Part shown: positions 10,725-21,357 of the stretch, piece after piece
Position numbering within the stretch: position 1 is the stretch's first letter
Layout: every line of letters begins with the position of its first letter
Assembly (NCBI GenBank): GCA_024231215.1
Contig: JAAEQR010000072.1
Span: 129,210-193,209, forward strand
Reading direction: 5' to 3'
DNA length: 64,000 nucleotides
DNA from: PVC group bacterium
Lineage (GTDB): Bacteria > Omnitrophota > Gorgyraeia > B26-G9
Notes under the pieces: model-generated
The model's input: only the letters and a program-made list of their open reading frames with translations
Told to the model about the DNA's origin: nothing
Databases searched by the model: none
Position numbers and translations under genes: made by a program

Positions 10725-12505
10725 AGCAGATCATCGGGGGGTTGATTATTGTTAGCATCTTATGTGCAACGGTTAGTTTGTTTGCGGAAGAGTTAGCGCA
10801 AGCTATATTGCCGCCACAGGCTACGACGGCACAGGTTGCTTTTTTACAAGAAGGTATATACGGTAGAATTTCTTTAGATCTGCGCCAGATTGATATCCAT
10901 GATGCATTGAAATACTTTTCATTAAAAAGTGGGTTGAATATTGTTACGTCAAAATCTGTAAGCGGAAGGGTCACTTTGATAGTGGAAGATGTTCCGGTTA
11001 AAGATGTATTTGACATAATGTTGAGATCTACGGGCTTGGCGTATGACAAAGTTGGCAGTATCTACAATGTAATGACTCAAGAAGAATATAAGATTCTTTA
11101 TGGTAAACGCTTTGCCGATATTCGTAAGGTTAAGGTTTTTCGTTTACAATATGCGGTTCCGGAACAGGCTTTTAGTTTGCTGGATACGATCAAAAGTGAA
11201 GTTGGACGTATCTTGGTTGATCCTGAGTCTGGTACTGTATTGTGTATGGATTCTCCGGAAAAAATAGAACAGATGCAGTCGGCACTGGATCAGTTTGAAC
11301 GAAAGGGAGTAACCCGGGTTTTTGATTTAAATTATGCGTTAGCTTCAGACATAGAAGAACATCTTAAAAGCAGGCTTGATGATAAAAAAGTAGGTTCAAT
11401 AAAAGCTGATGTAAGAGCAAACCAGGTTGTAGTTCATGCTTTGCCTAAAAGGATAGAAGAAATAGCAGAGCTGATAGAAATTTTGGATAAAAAAACAAAA
11501 GAAGTTTTGATTGAGGCCAAAATTTTAAAAATAAAATTGGGAAATAATTCAGAAGCCGGCGTAGAATGGGAAGGTATATTTAATGCTTCGGAAAATAATG
11601 GGTTGACTTATGTGGGGTCGTATCCTTTTAGCGCGGTGCAGGCGACGACTGATGAATGGAGATCAAGAAGTCAAGTTTGGAAGGATACAGGATATGTGGG
11701 GTCATATCCTTTTAGCGGAACAAGTTCTAACTATTCCGGAGGACGCTCATCTATTGGATTTGACAAAATGCATGTTGGGGTTGTAGGTTCCCATGATTTT
11801 GATTTTTTATTGAAATATTTGACAATTGAGAATGAAGCTAAGATTCTGTCTAATCCGAAAATTGCTGTGGTTAATAAGCAAGAAGCCAGGATTCATGTCG
11901 GAGAAAAACAGGCATATGTTACCACAACCACCACTAGCGGACAATCAACAAGTACTATTTCAGAAAACGTTACATTTATAGATATCGGGATTCAGCTTAA
12001 TGTGACTCCGACGATAAATGAAGATGATTTTGTGCGGTTACAGCTTAAGACAGAAGTAAGTAGTGTGGTGGATGTCTTACTTACTCCTACGGAGAATAAA
12101 ATCCCGATTGTGGACACATCGCTGGCTGAGACTGTAGTTTTAATCAAAGGAGGCAAAACAATTATTATTGCGGGGCTGCGGAAAGATGAAAAGTCAAAGA
12201 TAGTACGCCGAGTGCCGATCTTTAGTAAGATTCCGCTTTTAGGAAAACTATTTCAAACAAAAATAGATATTGTAAATCGCACAGAATTACTGATTATGGT
12301 CACTCCGCAGATTATTACCGGGGATGCTTTAGAAATGATGGATAGTAAGCCGATTGGAGCTCCGGATGTAAAAGATATTAAGGAGTATGGAGAACTGGAA
12401 AAAAGAAGAAAAGAATTAGAAACATATCAGCCGGTTGTAGAGGAATTAGGGGGTATGAAATTTAAAAATTTTAAAGTGTATGAAAAGATGCGGAATAAGG
12501 ATTAA
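10721..12505 (+). CDS. secretin (GspD/PilQ family) 1
   Basis: Signal peptide, ISLDLRQIDI N0, N-domain repeats, VLIEAKI, LSNPKI...NKQEARIHVG, VPIFSKIPLLGKLF, ELLIMVTP. Confidence 0.93.
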   Translation: MKQIIGGLIIVSILCATVSLFAEELAQAILPPQATTAQVAFLQEGIYGRISLDLRQIDIHDALKYFSLKSGLNIVTSKSVSGRVTLIVEDVPVKDVFDIMLRSTGLAYDKVGSIYNVMTQEEYKILYGKRFADIRKVKVFRLQYAVPEQAFSLLDTIKSEVGRILVDPESGTVLCMDSPEKIEQMQSALDQFERKGVTRVFDLNYALASDIEEHLKSRLDDKKVGSIKADVRANQVVVHALPKRIEEIAELIEILDKKTKEVLIEAKILKIKLGNNSEAGVEWEGIFNASENNGLTYVGSYPFSAVQATTDEWRSRSQVWKDTGYVGSYPFSGTSSNYSGGRSSIGFDKMHVGVVGSHDFDFLLKYLTIENEAKILSNPKIAVVNKQEARIHVGEKQAYVTTTTTSGQSTSTISENVTFIDIGIQLNVTPTINEDDFVRLQLKTEVSSVVDVLLTPTENKIPIVDTSLAETVVLIKGGKTIIIAGLRKDEKSKIVRRVPIFSKIPLLGKLFQTKIDIVNRTELLIMVTPQIITGDALEMMDSKPIGAPDVKDIKEYGELEKRRKELETYQPVVEELGGMKFKNFKVYEKMRNKD

Positions 12506-12509
12506 AAAT

Positions 12510-14894
12510 ATGAAAAGGAAAAGTATGCTTTATCAGAAAAAAATATGGGGAATAAGAATAGCGTGTGTAATTGTCATGTTTATTCTGGGGGGAAGTATTG
12601 CTGTCCAATCTGCGCCGGATTCTTATGTTACAAGTATTGTGGAAAAAATTGAACAGGATATGAATGCTTTGTCTAAAGAGTTGGAATTAAATAAGCAGGC
12701 TTACGAAAAATTGAAATCTGAACATGCGCAGAAACAACAGACATTGGTCGTTCGGGATAGAGAGATTGAAGTTTTGCATAAGAAAATTACGCAATCAAAG
12801 AAAGAGTTTTCAGAGAAACAACAGGCATTGGTCGTTCGGGATAGAGAGATTGAAGTTTTGCATAAGAAAATTACGCAATCAAAGAAAGAGTTTTCAGAGA
12901 AACAATATAAATTGAACCGGAAAGATGATGAAATTGCGAAGATTAAACAAGAGGCGAGTAGTTTAAAAAAAGAGGCACTGCAAAAAAACAAGATGGTGGC
13001 AAGCAAAGATGAAGAAATTACGGATTTGCAGGAACAGCTTAAAGATTTTGATGTTCTTCTGAAAAGTGCGCATGAAACTATAAATAAGTTGAGACATGAT
13101 GATTCTAATAAAGATATAGCTATAGAATCAGTTCGCGAAGAATTGCAAAAAACAGAAGATTCATTTTTGGATAAGATTCAGTCAGAGAGGGATTCTTTTG
13201 ATGAAAGGCTGGCTAAAGCTAATGAAGTAGCTGAAAAACTCAGGAATCAAAATAAAAAACAAGCACTTGAATATATACAGCAAATTCAGGAGAAAGAGGG
13301 ACAGATAAAAGTTTCTCAGAAAACTATTAATCAGAAGAATGAGATAGTAACAGGACTGAATAGTGAGCTGGATAAAGAAAGGTTGGCAAATGAAAATTTG
13401 CGTAGTCAGTATAATATCTCAGGAGACGAGAAGAAACAACTGTTGGCAACAATACATGAGTTGGAAACAGAGATAAGCAAGCAGTCTTTAAAGCTAAAAG
13501 CAAATCAGCAAAACCTGAGCAATGCAAATAAAGACCAGAGCACACTGAAACAGGATTATGATAAACTTCAAGAGGAACATGAAAAGATTCGTAATGAAAA
13601 GGAATTGTATTTAAGTAAAGTCTATTATTATGAAAAACAGCTAGAAGAAAAAGATAAGAAACTACAGGCATTACGTGACGATATACAGAGACAGGTGTCT
13701 TTATTGCATCATCAGCTGGGTGGGGTAGTTCAGGTTTCCCAGGAGACTGATTCTCAGGGGCAGCAGCTTAAGGATAAAAAAGCTGAGCTTGAACAGGTTA
13801 AATTGCAAACAAGACAGGCTGAACGTGATTTTCAGGAACAATTAGGAAAGATGAGCAAGGAAAATAAAAAATTGCTGGAACAGAGTAATAAGCTAGTTGA
13901 AGAAAAATTACAGATTCTAGCACATATGTTGCAGCTGGAAGAAGAGCAGACAATAGAAAGTGAGGCAGGGATTGCTCCGGATATAGAGCATGAGCTAGTG
14001 TATATAAAGAATGAGTTAATAAATCTAAGTGCGTCTTTAGATCAGAAAGGGCTTGAATTAACTAAACTACAAGAGGAAAATTATAAATTATTTAAAGAAA
14101 AAAATGAGCTGCGTAATATTCTTCATGAATATAATGAACAGCTGTTGGCCAAAGATAAAAAGTTTAAGCATGCACAGCAGATAATGAAACAGAAAGAAAA
14201 GTCTCAGGGTTCAAGATCTAAGGAAATTAAAAGAGATCTTGATGTCCAGATGCGGAAATTCAGAAAGGTCAATGCTGATTTTGAGAAAAAAAATGTTTTA
14301 TATGAAAAAGATATGAAGAAATATTTATCTCAGCTGAATGATTTAAGGGATAAATTAGCTATTTCTAGAGATCAATATGAGAGTGCGAAAAAGGATCGTG
14401 ATTCTTATGCTAAGCGTTTGAAGGATATTTACGCGGATGAGAGAGATTGGCAGAAAAAAGATGCACAACAATTAACGCTGTTAAGCAGTTATTCCAAAAA
14501 CATAGATGAATTGAATGCAAAGATACATACTCTTAATACGGATAATAAACGACTTAGTTTACTGCTTAAGACTATGCCGGAAAAATTGCAGACATTGGAA
14601 AATGACGTTGGTAATCTACGTAAGCAGAATGCCACATTGCATTATAATTTAGGTGTATTTCATACCCAGCGACAGGAATATACACAGTCTATAGCTGAGT
14701 TTAGTCAGGCTTTGAAGTTTAACTCTAGTGATGCTAGCACACATTATAATCTGGGTGTTATATATTCTCAATATTTAATTGATGAATCAAAGGCAGTAGT
14801 ACATTTTAAACATTACCTTGTTTTGGCTCCAAATGATAAGGATATACAAAGGGCAAAAGAGTATATTCTGCTTTGGGGGAATAGAGGTAGGTAA
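12510..14894 (+). CDS. exported long coiled-coil protein with C-terminal TPR
   Basis: Signal/TM segment, about 680 aa K/E/Q-rich heptads, two HYNLGV TPR motifs. Confidence 0.8.
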   Translation: MKRKSMLYQKKIWGIRIACVIVMFILGGSIAVQSAPDSYVTSIVEKIEQDMNALSKELELNKQAYEKLKSEHAQKQQTLVVRDREIEVLHKKITQSKKEFSEKQQALVVRDREIEVLHKKITQSKKEFSEKQYKLNRKDDEIAKIKQEASSLKKEALQKNKMVASKDEEITDLQEQLKDFDVLLKSAHETINKLRHDDSNKDIAIESVREELQKTEDSFLDKIQSERDSFDERLAKANEVAEKLRNQNKKQALEYIQQIQEKEGQIKVSQKTINQKNEIVTGLNSELDKERLANENLRSQYNISGDEKKQLLATIHELETEISKQSLKLKANQQNLSNANKDQSTLKQDYDKLQEEHEKIRNEKELYLSKVYYYEKQLEEKDKKLQALRDDIQRQVSLLHHQLGGVVQVSQETDSQGQQLKDKKAELEQVKLQTRQAERDFQEQLGKMSKENKKLLEQSNKLVEEKLQILAHMLQLEEEQTIESEAGIAPDIEHELVYIKNELINLSASLDQKGLELTKLQEENYKLFKEKNELRNILHEYNEQLLAKDKKFKHAQQIMKQKEKSQGSRSKEIKRDLDVQMRKFRKVNADFEKKNVLYEKDMKKYLSQLNDLRDKLAISRDQYESAKKDRDSYAKRLKDIYADERDWQKKDAQQLTLLSSYSKNIDELNAKIHTLNTDNKRLSLLLKTMPEKLQTLENDVGNLRKQNATLHYNLGVFHTQRQEYTQSIAEFSQALKFNSSDASTHYNLGVIYSQYLIDESKAVVHFKHYLVLAPNDKDIQRAKEYILLWGNRGR
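12731..12905 (+). repeat. 84-bp (28 aa) tandem duplication inside coiled coil
   Basis: Units start at 12731 and 12815 and differ by one base; partial third start at 12899. Confidence 0.95.
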
Positions 14895-14903
14895 AAAATC
14901 GAA

Positions 14904-16730
14904 ATGCAAAAGTCAAAAATGAAAAAAATAGAGATAGCTATTACCTTAATGATTCTTTTTGCGAGTGGTAGTTTTGTATGCGCCGAAGATGTTCAGCAAT
15001 ATGCGGCTTTGTCTTCTTCTGCTCCTACTCAAGGGGTAATATCTAATTTAGCTATTTCCAGAGAATGTATGTCGTTAGATTTAAGGGATATTGATGTGAA
15101 AGACGCTTTGAAATATTTAGCTTCAAGGGCAAATATGAATATTGTCCCGACTAATGATGTTTCCGGTCGGATTACGTTGATGATCAAAAATGCGCCTTTG
15201 TCAGATATTTTTGATATTGTTATCCGTTCTAATGGATTGGCATACGAGAAAATAGGTAGCATTTACAATGTTATGACAGATCAGGAATATGTAGATCGGT
15301 ATGGAAAAAAATTTGATGATATTCGTCAGCTTAAAGTGTTTCATTTAACATATGTGGTTCCTGAGCAGGCATTTGCGATTATTGATTCTATAAAGAGTAA
15401 TATTGGTACAGTATTGTTAAACTCAGAGTCTGGAACGATTGTAGTGTTGGATACTCCTGATATTATAGCGGAAATTGATATTGCTTTGCAATCGTTAGAA
15501 CGTAAAAACAGTATTCAGATATTTGATTTGAAATATGCAAACGCAAAAGATATCGCGAAACAGCTGAAAACACAACTGGATAAAAAGAAAGCGGGAAAGA
15601 TCAGAGCTGATCTTCGGACTAATCAGGTTGTTGTTGAGACATTGCCTGAAAGGATGAAGGATATCGCGCGTCTTATTAAGGGGCTGGATAAAAAAACCAA
15701 AGCGGTATTAATTGACGCGCGAATTATTCAGGTGAAGTTAAGTGATGATTTAAGTAGTGGGGTAGAGTGGGAAGGTTTGTTTGATGTTACTACTGCAGGT
15801 GGGGCGACTACTTATTTTGGCAGTACTCCAGTTGCTTCTATGCAAAGTCAGGTTGGCACTTGGCGTTCTCGGCAAACAGTACTTAGTGATACCGGGTATA
15901 TAGGTTCATATCCTTTTAGCGGGACGAGTACTGATTACGATTCTGGTACAAAAAAAGTACTTAGTGAAGAAATGCATGTCGGAGTTGTTGGTGAAAATGA
16001 CTTTGATGTTCTTATTACATATCTTAAGACCTTGGGTAAAGTGAAAATATTATCTAATCCTAAGTTATCGGTGACTAATAATCAGGAAGCACGAATACAT
16101 GTGGGAGAACGACAGGCATATATAACCTCTATTACTACTGCGGGGCAAACCACAACTACAGTGTCAGAAGAGGTGACTTTTCTTGATGTAGGTTTGCAGC
16201 TATTTCTCACGCCGTGCATAAACGATGAAGGATATGTAACTTTAAATATAAAACCGGAGATAAGCAGTGTGGTGGGATATTTGACTACTGCTCAGGAGAA
16301 TAAAATTCCGATAATTGATACTTCTACGGCTGAAACAACAGTTCTGGTAAAAGATGGGTCGACTGTGGCTGTGGGAGGATTGCGTCGGGATGAAAAAACA
16401 ATAAATTCAAAAGAAGTTCCTTTGTTAGGTAGAATTCCTTTTTTAGGAACTCTTTTTAAGTCAGAAGAAAATAAAAATAAACGCAGTGAATTATTAATTA
16501 TGGTTACAGCTCATATTGTAGAAGGTGATGAATTAACTACAGGAAGATCCAGCGAGTTTAAACATAAATTAGATAAGGAATATCAGGATTATCAATCGAT
16601 TAATAGGGAGTCCGGATTGACTGAATATGAAAAAGAAAAAAATATAACTATTCAACAAAAAATGTATCAAAAATATCCGGGGTATGATGAGGAAGAAGAA
16701 CTTCAGCCAACCATAAAACCATTAAGGTAG
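14904..16730 (+). CDS. secretin (GspD/PilQ family) 2
   Basis: Paralog of 10721..12505: MSLDLRDIDV, GVEWEG, GSYPFSGTS, LSNPKL, VPLLGRIPFLGTLF. Confidence 0.93.
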   Translation: MQKSKMKKIEIAITLMILFASGSFVCAEDVQQYAALSSSAPTQGVISNLAISRECMSLDLRDIDVKDALKYLASRANMNIVPTNDVSGRITLMIKNAPLSDIFDIVIRSNGLAYEKIGSIYNVMTDQEYVDRYGKKFDDIRQLKVFHLTYVVPEQAFAIIDSIKSNIGTVLLNSESGTIVVLDTPDIIAEIDIALQSLERKNSIQIFDLKYANAKDIAKQLKTQLDKKKAGKIRADLRTNQVVVETLPERMKDIARLIKGLDKKTKAVLIDARIIQVKLSDDLSSGVEWEGLFDVTTAGGATTYFGSTPVASMQSQVGTWRSRQTVLSDTGYIGSYPFSGTSTDYDSGTKKVLSEEMHVGVVGENDFDVLITYLKTLGKVKILSNPKLSVTNNQEARIHVGERQAYITSITTAGQTTTTVSEEVTFLDVGLQLFLTPCINDEGYVTLNIKPEISSVVGYLTTAQENKIPIIDTSTAETTVLVKDGSTVAVGGLRRDEKTINSKEVPLLGRIPFLGTLFKSEENKNKRSELLIMVTAHIVEGDELTTGRSSEFKHKLDKEYQDYQSINRESGLTEYEKEKNITIQQKMYQKYPGYDEEEELQPTIKPLR

Positions 16731-16735
16731 AGAAG

Positions 16736-17719
16736 GTGAATAAAGTGAAATCAATAAAAGTTATAATTTTTATTTTGTTGACGGTGATGTTGATCCCGGG
16801 GTTTTTGCGAGCTCAAACGGCAGGAGATACTCCTACGTTAAAGGCGGAATACGAGAAACTATCTAAGGAATATGAGGCTATGGCAAAAGATAGGGATAAT
16901 TTGCGAGCACAGACAAAAATTCTTTTAAAGTATAAAAGTCAAATTGTAAAAGCAGAAGAACAGACTAATAAAATTGACATTGAGCGTAGTCAGTGGCAGA
17001 TTGAGAAGAAAGTATTGAGACACGAAAATGAGAAACTAAAAGGAGAGATTTCGCAGTTAAACGGTATGGTGGAAATGACAGAAAAATATCGGATGCAGTT
17101 AGAAGAAGAAAAAGATAAAATAAGAAAATCTTTGTCTAAGTCTAAGTCTGGATATATAATAGTAGAGGATTTAAAGCGAAAGGTTTCGAACGAAAAAAAA
17201 GAAAAAAATTATCTCAAAAAAGAGGCTGTACGGTTCCGAAGTAAAATAAAGAAGCTTGATAATTCATTGGCGAAAGCCGAGACCGTCGAAGAAGTTTTAC
17301 GCGATCAGATAACTGAGCTGAAAGAAAAGTATAAGGAAGCACAGAGAAGCAACGAGTTATTAGAGAAGAAGTTAAATGAAGAACCTAAACGCTATGCTGA
17401 AGTTGCTAGGGAAAACAAGGTTTTGCTTAAGCGTACTGCTTTAATGCATTATAATTTGGGGGTATTTTATACTAAGAATAAAGAATATCCTCGGGCGATA
17501 TCGGAATTCGAAAAAGCAATTGAATTAAATCCAAAAGATACTTATGCGTATTTTAACTTGGGTTACATCTATTCTGAATATTATGTGGATCGTCCGAAAG
17601 CAATTGAAAATTTTCGTAAGTATTTGTCTCTGGCAAAACAAGAGGACAATGATGTAGACTGGGTCAAAAGATATATACTTACTTGGCAGACATGGGAAGG
17701 TAAAGAGGTAATTAAATAA
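16736..17719 (+). CDS. exported coiled-coil protein with C-terminal TPR
   Basis: Signal peptide, heptads, HYNLGVFY...YFNLGYIY TPRs homologous to the end of 12510..14894. Confidence 0.82.
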   Translation: MNKVKSIKVIIFILLTVMLIPGFLRAQTAGDTPTLKAEYEKLSKEYEAMAKDRDNLRAQTKILLKYKSQIVKAEEQTNKIDIERSQWQIEKKVLRHENEKLKGEISQLNGMVEMTEKYRMQLEEEKDKIRKSLSKSKSGYIIVEDLKRKVSNEKKEKNYLKKEAVRFRSKIKKLDNSLAKAETVEEVLRDQITELKEKYKEAQRSNELLEKKLNEEPKRYAEVARENKVLLKRTALMHYNLGVFYTKNKEYPRAISEFEKAIELNPKDTYAYFNLGYIYSEYYVDRPKAIENFRKYLSLAKQEDNDVDWVKRYILTWQTWEGKEVIK

Positions 17720-17763
17720 TAGTAGGCTCTGCAAGGGCTGGAGTATTGAAGAGAGGAGAAAGT

Positions 17764-18348
17764 ATGAAGAAGGTTATTGGTGTTGTGCTTGTGATAATGA
17801 CTATTTTTGTTTTTTCTTTACAAGAAGGATATGCATTTTTTGGCAATAAAAAGAAGGCTGCTGATACTACTGAAGAAGAAACTATCCAGGAAGTAAGTAA
17901 AGCTCCGGAAAAAGAAGTCGAGAAACAGCCGGAGGTTAAAGTTGAAGAAAAAGCCCCAGCGATTGACAAGAAAATAGTTCAGATGAAAGCTATGAAGAAA
18001 AAGAAACGGGCACAGTTAAATAATACAATGTGGGATATTGAAGTTATCGATTTATCCTCTAAAACTAAGCAGAAAGCTGACGTGCTTGTTTTTGGAAAAG
18101 ATGGTTTTTATTCAGAAAATAAATCTGCAATTGATTTTGCTGCAACAAATTACACTTTAAATTTGCAAGACGATGGAAGTGTTACATGGGAAACAATGCA
18201 AAGCGGCAAAGACGGAGCAGTATTATTCTGGAAAGGTGAACTTGATAAGAAAATGACCAGCATGCGTGGTATTTTTAGTCATCAAGTTGCGGGGAAAACA
18301 GAAAATTATTCTTTTAACAGCACGGGGAAGAGACCTTTGAGAAAATAA
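17764..18348 (+). CDS. exported hypothetical protein
   Basis: Signal peptide ending GYA, charged linker, beta-rich C-terminal domain; AGGAG RBS. Confidence 0.7.
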   Translation: MKKVIGVVLVIMTIFVFSLQEGYAFFGNKKKAADTTEEETIQEVSKAPEKEVEKQPEVKVEEKAPAIDKKIVQMKAMKKKKRAQLNNTMWDIEVIDLSSKTKQKADVLVFGKDGFYSENKSAIDFAATNYTLNLQDDGSVTWETMQSGKDGAVLFWKGELDKKMTSMRGIFSHQVAGKTENYSFNSTGKRPLRK

Positions 18349-18373
18349 AGACTAATAGTTATTAGAGGAATAG

Positions 18374-19483
18374 GTGATGTTAAAGATATCTGATATTTTG
18401 AAAAAGGCAAGAGGCCAAGGCCGCCAGAAAAATAAGAAAAAAGCGGAAAAAACAAAACAAAATGAAACGCCAAAGCCTATATCTGAAACACCCCAATCGA
18501 AAGAAAAAAAACGGGATATTCCACCGGTTGATTTAGAAATAAAAAGTTCTAAAAATGAAGAAGAAATTGAGCCTGTTGTAAATTCCAAAGTTGCTCTGGG
18601 GGAAATAGCCAGCCTTTATCAGCAGGCAGTTGCTTTAGTTAAAGAGATATTGTCTCCGTTAGCTAAAAAAAAGAACTTGATTAGTAAAGCAGAGGAATTG
18701 GTCGATAAATTTGTAGACATAATTAAAAAAGATAGTACTACGTTATTAAAGTTCTTTTTTTGTGATTACGAGGTTTTGAATGAATATATGTATCAACATG
18801 CTGTTAATGTTTGTATTTTTTCTTTGGCGCTGGGGATCGGAATGCGTTATGATAATGCCCATCTTAAAAAACTAGGGGTGGGAGCATTGCTTCACGATGC
18901 TGGATTAGGAAAATTCGATTCTATTATTAATAAACCAAGGAAGCTTGAGCCGGGTGAGCTTGAAGAAGTAAAAAGACATCCTGCCGAAGGGAAAGAAGTA
19001 TTAAAAAAATATGCAAAATATCTGGATTTTAAAATATTCGATATTGTGTATCAGGAACATGAACGCATTAATGGCAGTGGATATCCTCAAGGGTTAAAAA
19101 ACGATATGATTGATGAGGATGCTAAGCTTATCGGCTTAGTAGATGTATATGAAGCAATTATCCATTCTCGGCCACATAGACCAAAGTTTAGTTGTCAGGA
19201 CGCTATACAGCTTATTTTGAACGAAAAGAAAGCATTTGAATATAAATTCATAAAAAATTTGATTGATACCATTGGGATTTATCCTATAGGGACATTGGTT
19301 GAATTAAATACTCGGGAAGTAGGTGTGGTTCTAAAACAGACCCCCAAAATGCCGTTTAGGCCGAGTATTGATATAACGCATAATAGTAATAGACAAAAAA
19401 TGACAGAGTCTAAACACGTTGATTTATCAAGCAATTTTTCAATATATATTAAACATTGTTTTAGTGAATTTCAAAAACAGTAA
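18374..19483 (+). CDS. HD-GYP domain protein (c-di-GMP phosphodiesterase family)
   Basis: HAVNV, LLHDAG, KRHP, QEHERINGSGYPQGL, VDVYEA, RPHR. Confidence 0.88.
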   Translation: MMLKISDILKKARGQGRQKNKKKAEKTKQNETPKPISETPQSKEKKRDIPPVDLEIKSSKNEEEIEPVVNSKVALGEIASLYQQAVALVKEILSPLAKKKNLISKAEELVDKFVDIIKKDSTTLLKFFFCDYEVLNEYMYQHAVNVCIFSLALGIGMRYDNAHLKKLGVGALLHDAGLGKFDSIINKPRKLEPGELEEVKRHPAEGKEVLKKYAKYLDFKIFDIVYQEHERINGSGYPQGLKNDMIDEDAKLIGLVDVYEAIIHSRPHRPKFSCQDAIQLILNEKKAFEYKFIKNLIDTIGIYPIGTLVELNTREVGVVLKQTPKMPFRPSIDITHNSNRQKMTESKHVDLSSNFSIYIKHCFSEFQKQ

Positions 19484-19515
19484 TTAGGGATAACCCAGTC
19501 TGAAGATTAAGGATA

Positions 19516-21357
19516 ATGCTAAAATTCAATAAAATACTTATTGTTTTGTTTTGTGGACTACTGGTCTCAAGCGGATATATTGTCTACCGTTTTAGAGCAA
19601 CGATAAAAGAGGTAGGCGAATTAAAAACCTATAACAGAACGTTGTCTAAGAAAAAGGATATGTTGGAAGGGCAACTGACAACAGAAAAAAAGAACAAAAA
19701 TGTGGAAATCGAGAAACTTAAGGAGAAGCTTACAGGGCTAAAGGATACCCGGAAAATACAGGAATTATTTACGGATGCTCAAGGCAAAATCAAAAATTTT
19801 GATGCAAAATTTCAAGAATTGCAAAAAGAAAATATATATTTAGAGCAAACAAATAGAGCGATTAATGGACGTTTTAATAATTTAACGAAAGATTTTATTA
19901 AGACACTTGATATTTTAAAACAGACCCGTCAACATCTTACTGAAGCACGTAATAGTAAAGCGTTGCGTTTACATGAAAAAGAAACAAAGAAGTTGAATTC
20001 TAATCTAAAAAAGAAGGAAAACTTAGTTGTTAAGCTGAGTAAAGATATTAAACGGTTGCAGAAGGATAATGATAACTCATCAAAGAATAATAAATTATTA
20101 GTCGATGAAATTGGTAAATTAAAAAAGAATAAACAGTCTTTAGAATTGCGTTATGAAAAGATTAGAGAAAAGCTGAAACAAAGTGAGCAGGAAATAAAAG
20201 AGACAAGCAATAAATTTGTTAAAGAGAAATCAGTTGAGAAGAAACCAGTTAGACAAAAAGATGATGGATTAAGAAGGCAGCTGAAGGAACTCAAAGGGGA
20301 ACTGGCAGACAAAGAAAAACAACAGCGCACATTAAAGCGTTTTCTTGAACAGGAAAAACAGCGCCGAAAGATTACAGAAAATAAGCTTGAGCAATATCAG
20401 AAACGATTAAAAGTAGTAAGTGAACAGACAAGGGATGACCTTGCTTCAGCCAGGAAAGCAATTAGAAAATATGATATGGTTAAGTCCGAAAGAGATTCTC
20501 TTGAAAAGGCACTTAAGAAGGCCGAAGAAGAAATAAAAGAGAAGGCTGAGTTTGTTAAGGGGTTGGAAAAAAAAGTAGATGATATTAATAAAAAGCTGAC
20601 TAAAAGAGAAGAAGAAAAGGAGGCAATGTCAAAGGATATTGCCAAACTTAAGAAGACAAGAATCCCGATAGGTTCCGGCCTAGCCTCAGATATGGCACAG
20701 ATTGACGAAGGAGCGGGGGTAGAAGCCCCTGATGCAAGGAAGATGCAGGATAATTTAAATAAGGTATATGCGCTTTATGACACAGCTAAGGCTCAAGTTG
20801 TGAAATTTTCCGAACTTTTAATGCAAAAGGAGTTAAAGTTAGAAAAGAGTAAACAGAAGCTAGACTCTTTAGAGCAGGAAATAAAGATGCTTAGGGGCGG
20901 GGTAATTACTCCCGGATCGGGCGAGGTTCCAGGCCAAGTTGCGGTATTAAATATGAAAAAATTAAAAATTGAAGAAAAGTTTAAATATGAAAAACAAAAA
21001 TATGAAGATATAAATGAGTTATATGTTAATTTAAAGAGCCAAGTGGTTCAGGTAACTTCTCTTTTGACCAGACGAGAGACTGAATTAGAGGATAAAACTA
21101 GAGAAATTATAAATCTAAAGAGAGAATTAGCAAAGGCGCAGCAGCAGTATTCTTTGGCTCAGCAGGAATTGAATGATGTTCGACAGAGACAGAGAAGAAC
21201 TTTGGATGATTTGTCTCGTACTACACGGTTGAATGCTACGTTACAGGAAAATATGATGTATAATGAACATAGTAATGATAATACACGGAAAGAACAGAAA
21301 AAGGCGGAAGAACTAAAGAAAGAGCTTGAGGCTTTCTTAGGAAATAGAATAGAATGA
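19516..21357 (+). CDS. membrane-anchored long coiled-coil protein
   Basis: N-terminal TM followed by about 580 aa of K/E-rich heptads. Confidence 0.75.
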   Translation: MLKFNKILIVLFCGLLVSSGYIVYRFRATIKEVGELKTYNRTLSKKKDMLEGQLTTEKKNKNVEIEKLKEKLTGLKDTRKIQELFTDAQGKIKNFDAKFQELQKENIYLEQTNRAINGRFNNLTKDFIKTLDILKQTRQHLTEARNSKALRLHEKETKKLNSNLKKKENLVVKLSKDIKRLQKDNDNSSKNNKLLVDEIGKLKKNKQSLELRYEKIREKLKQSEQEIKETSNKFVKEKSVEKKPVRQKDDGLRRQLKELKGELADKEKQQRTLKRFLEQEKQRRKITENKLEQYQKRLKVVSEQTRDDLASARKAIRKYDMVKSERDSLEKALKKAEEEIKEKAEFVKGLEKKVDDINKKLTKREEEKEAMSKDIAKLKKTRIPIGSGLASDMAQIDEGAGVEAPDARKMQDNLNKVYALYDTAKAQVVKFSELLMQKELKLEKSKQKLDSLEQEIKMLRGGVITPGSGEVPGQVAVLNMKKLKIEEKFKYEKQKYEDINELYVNLKSQVVQVTSLLTRRETELEDKTREIINLKRELAKAQQQYSLAQQELNDVRQRQRRTLDDLSRTTRLNATLQENMMYNEHSNDNTRKEQKKAEELKKELEAFLGNRIE

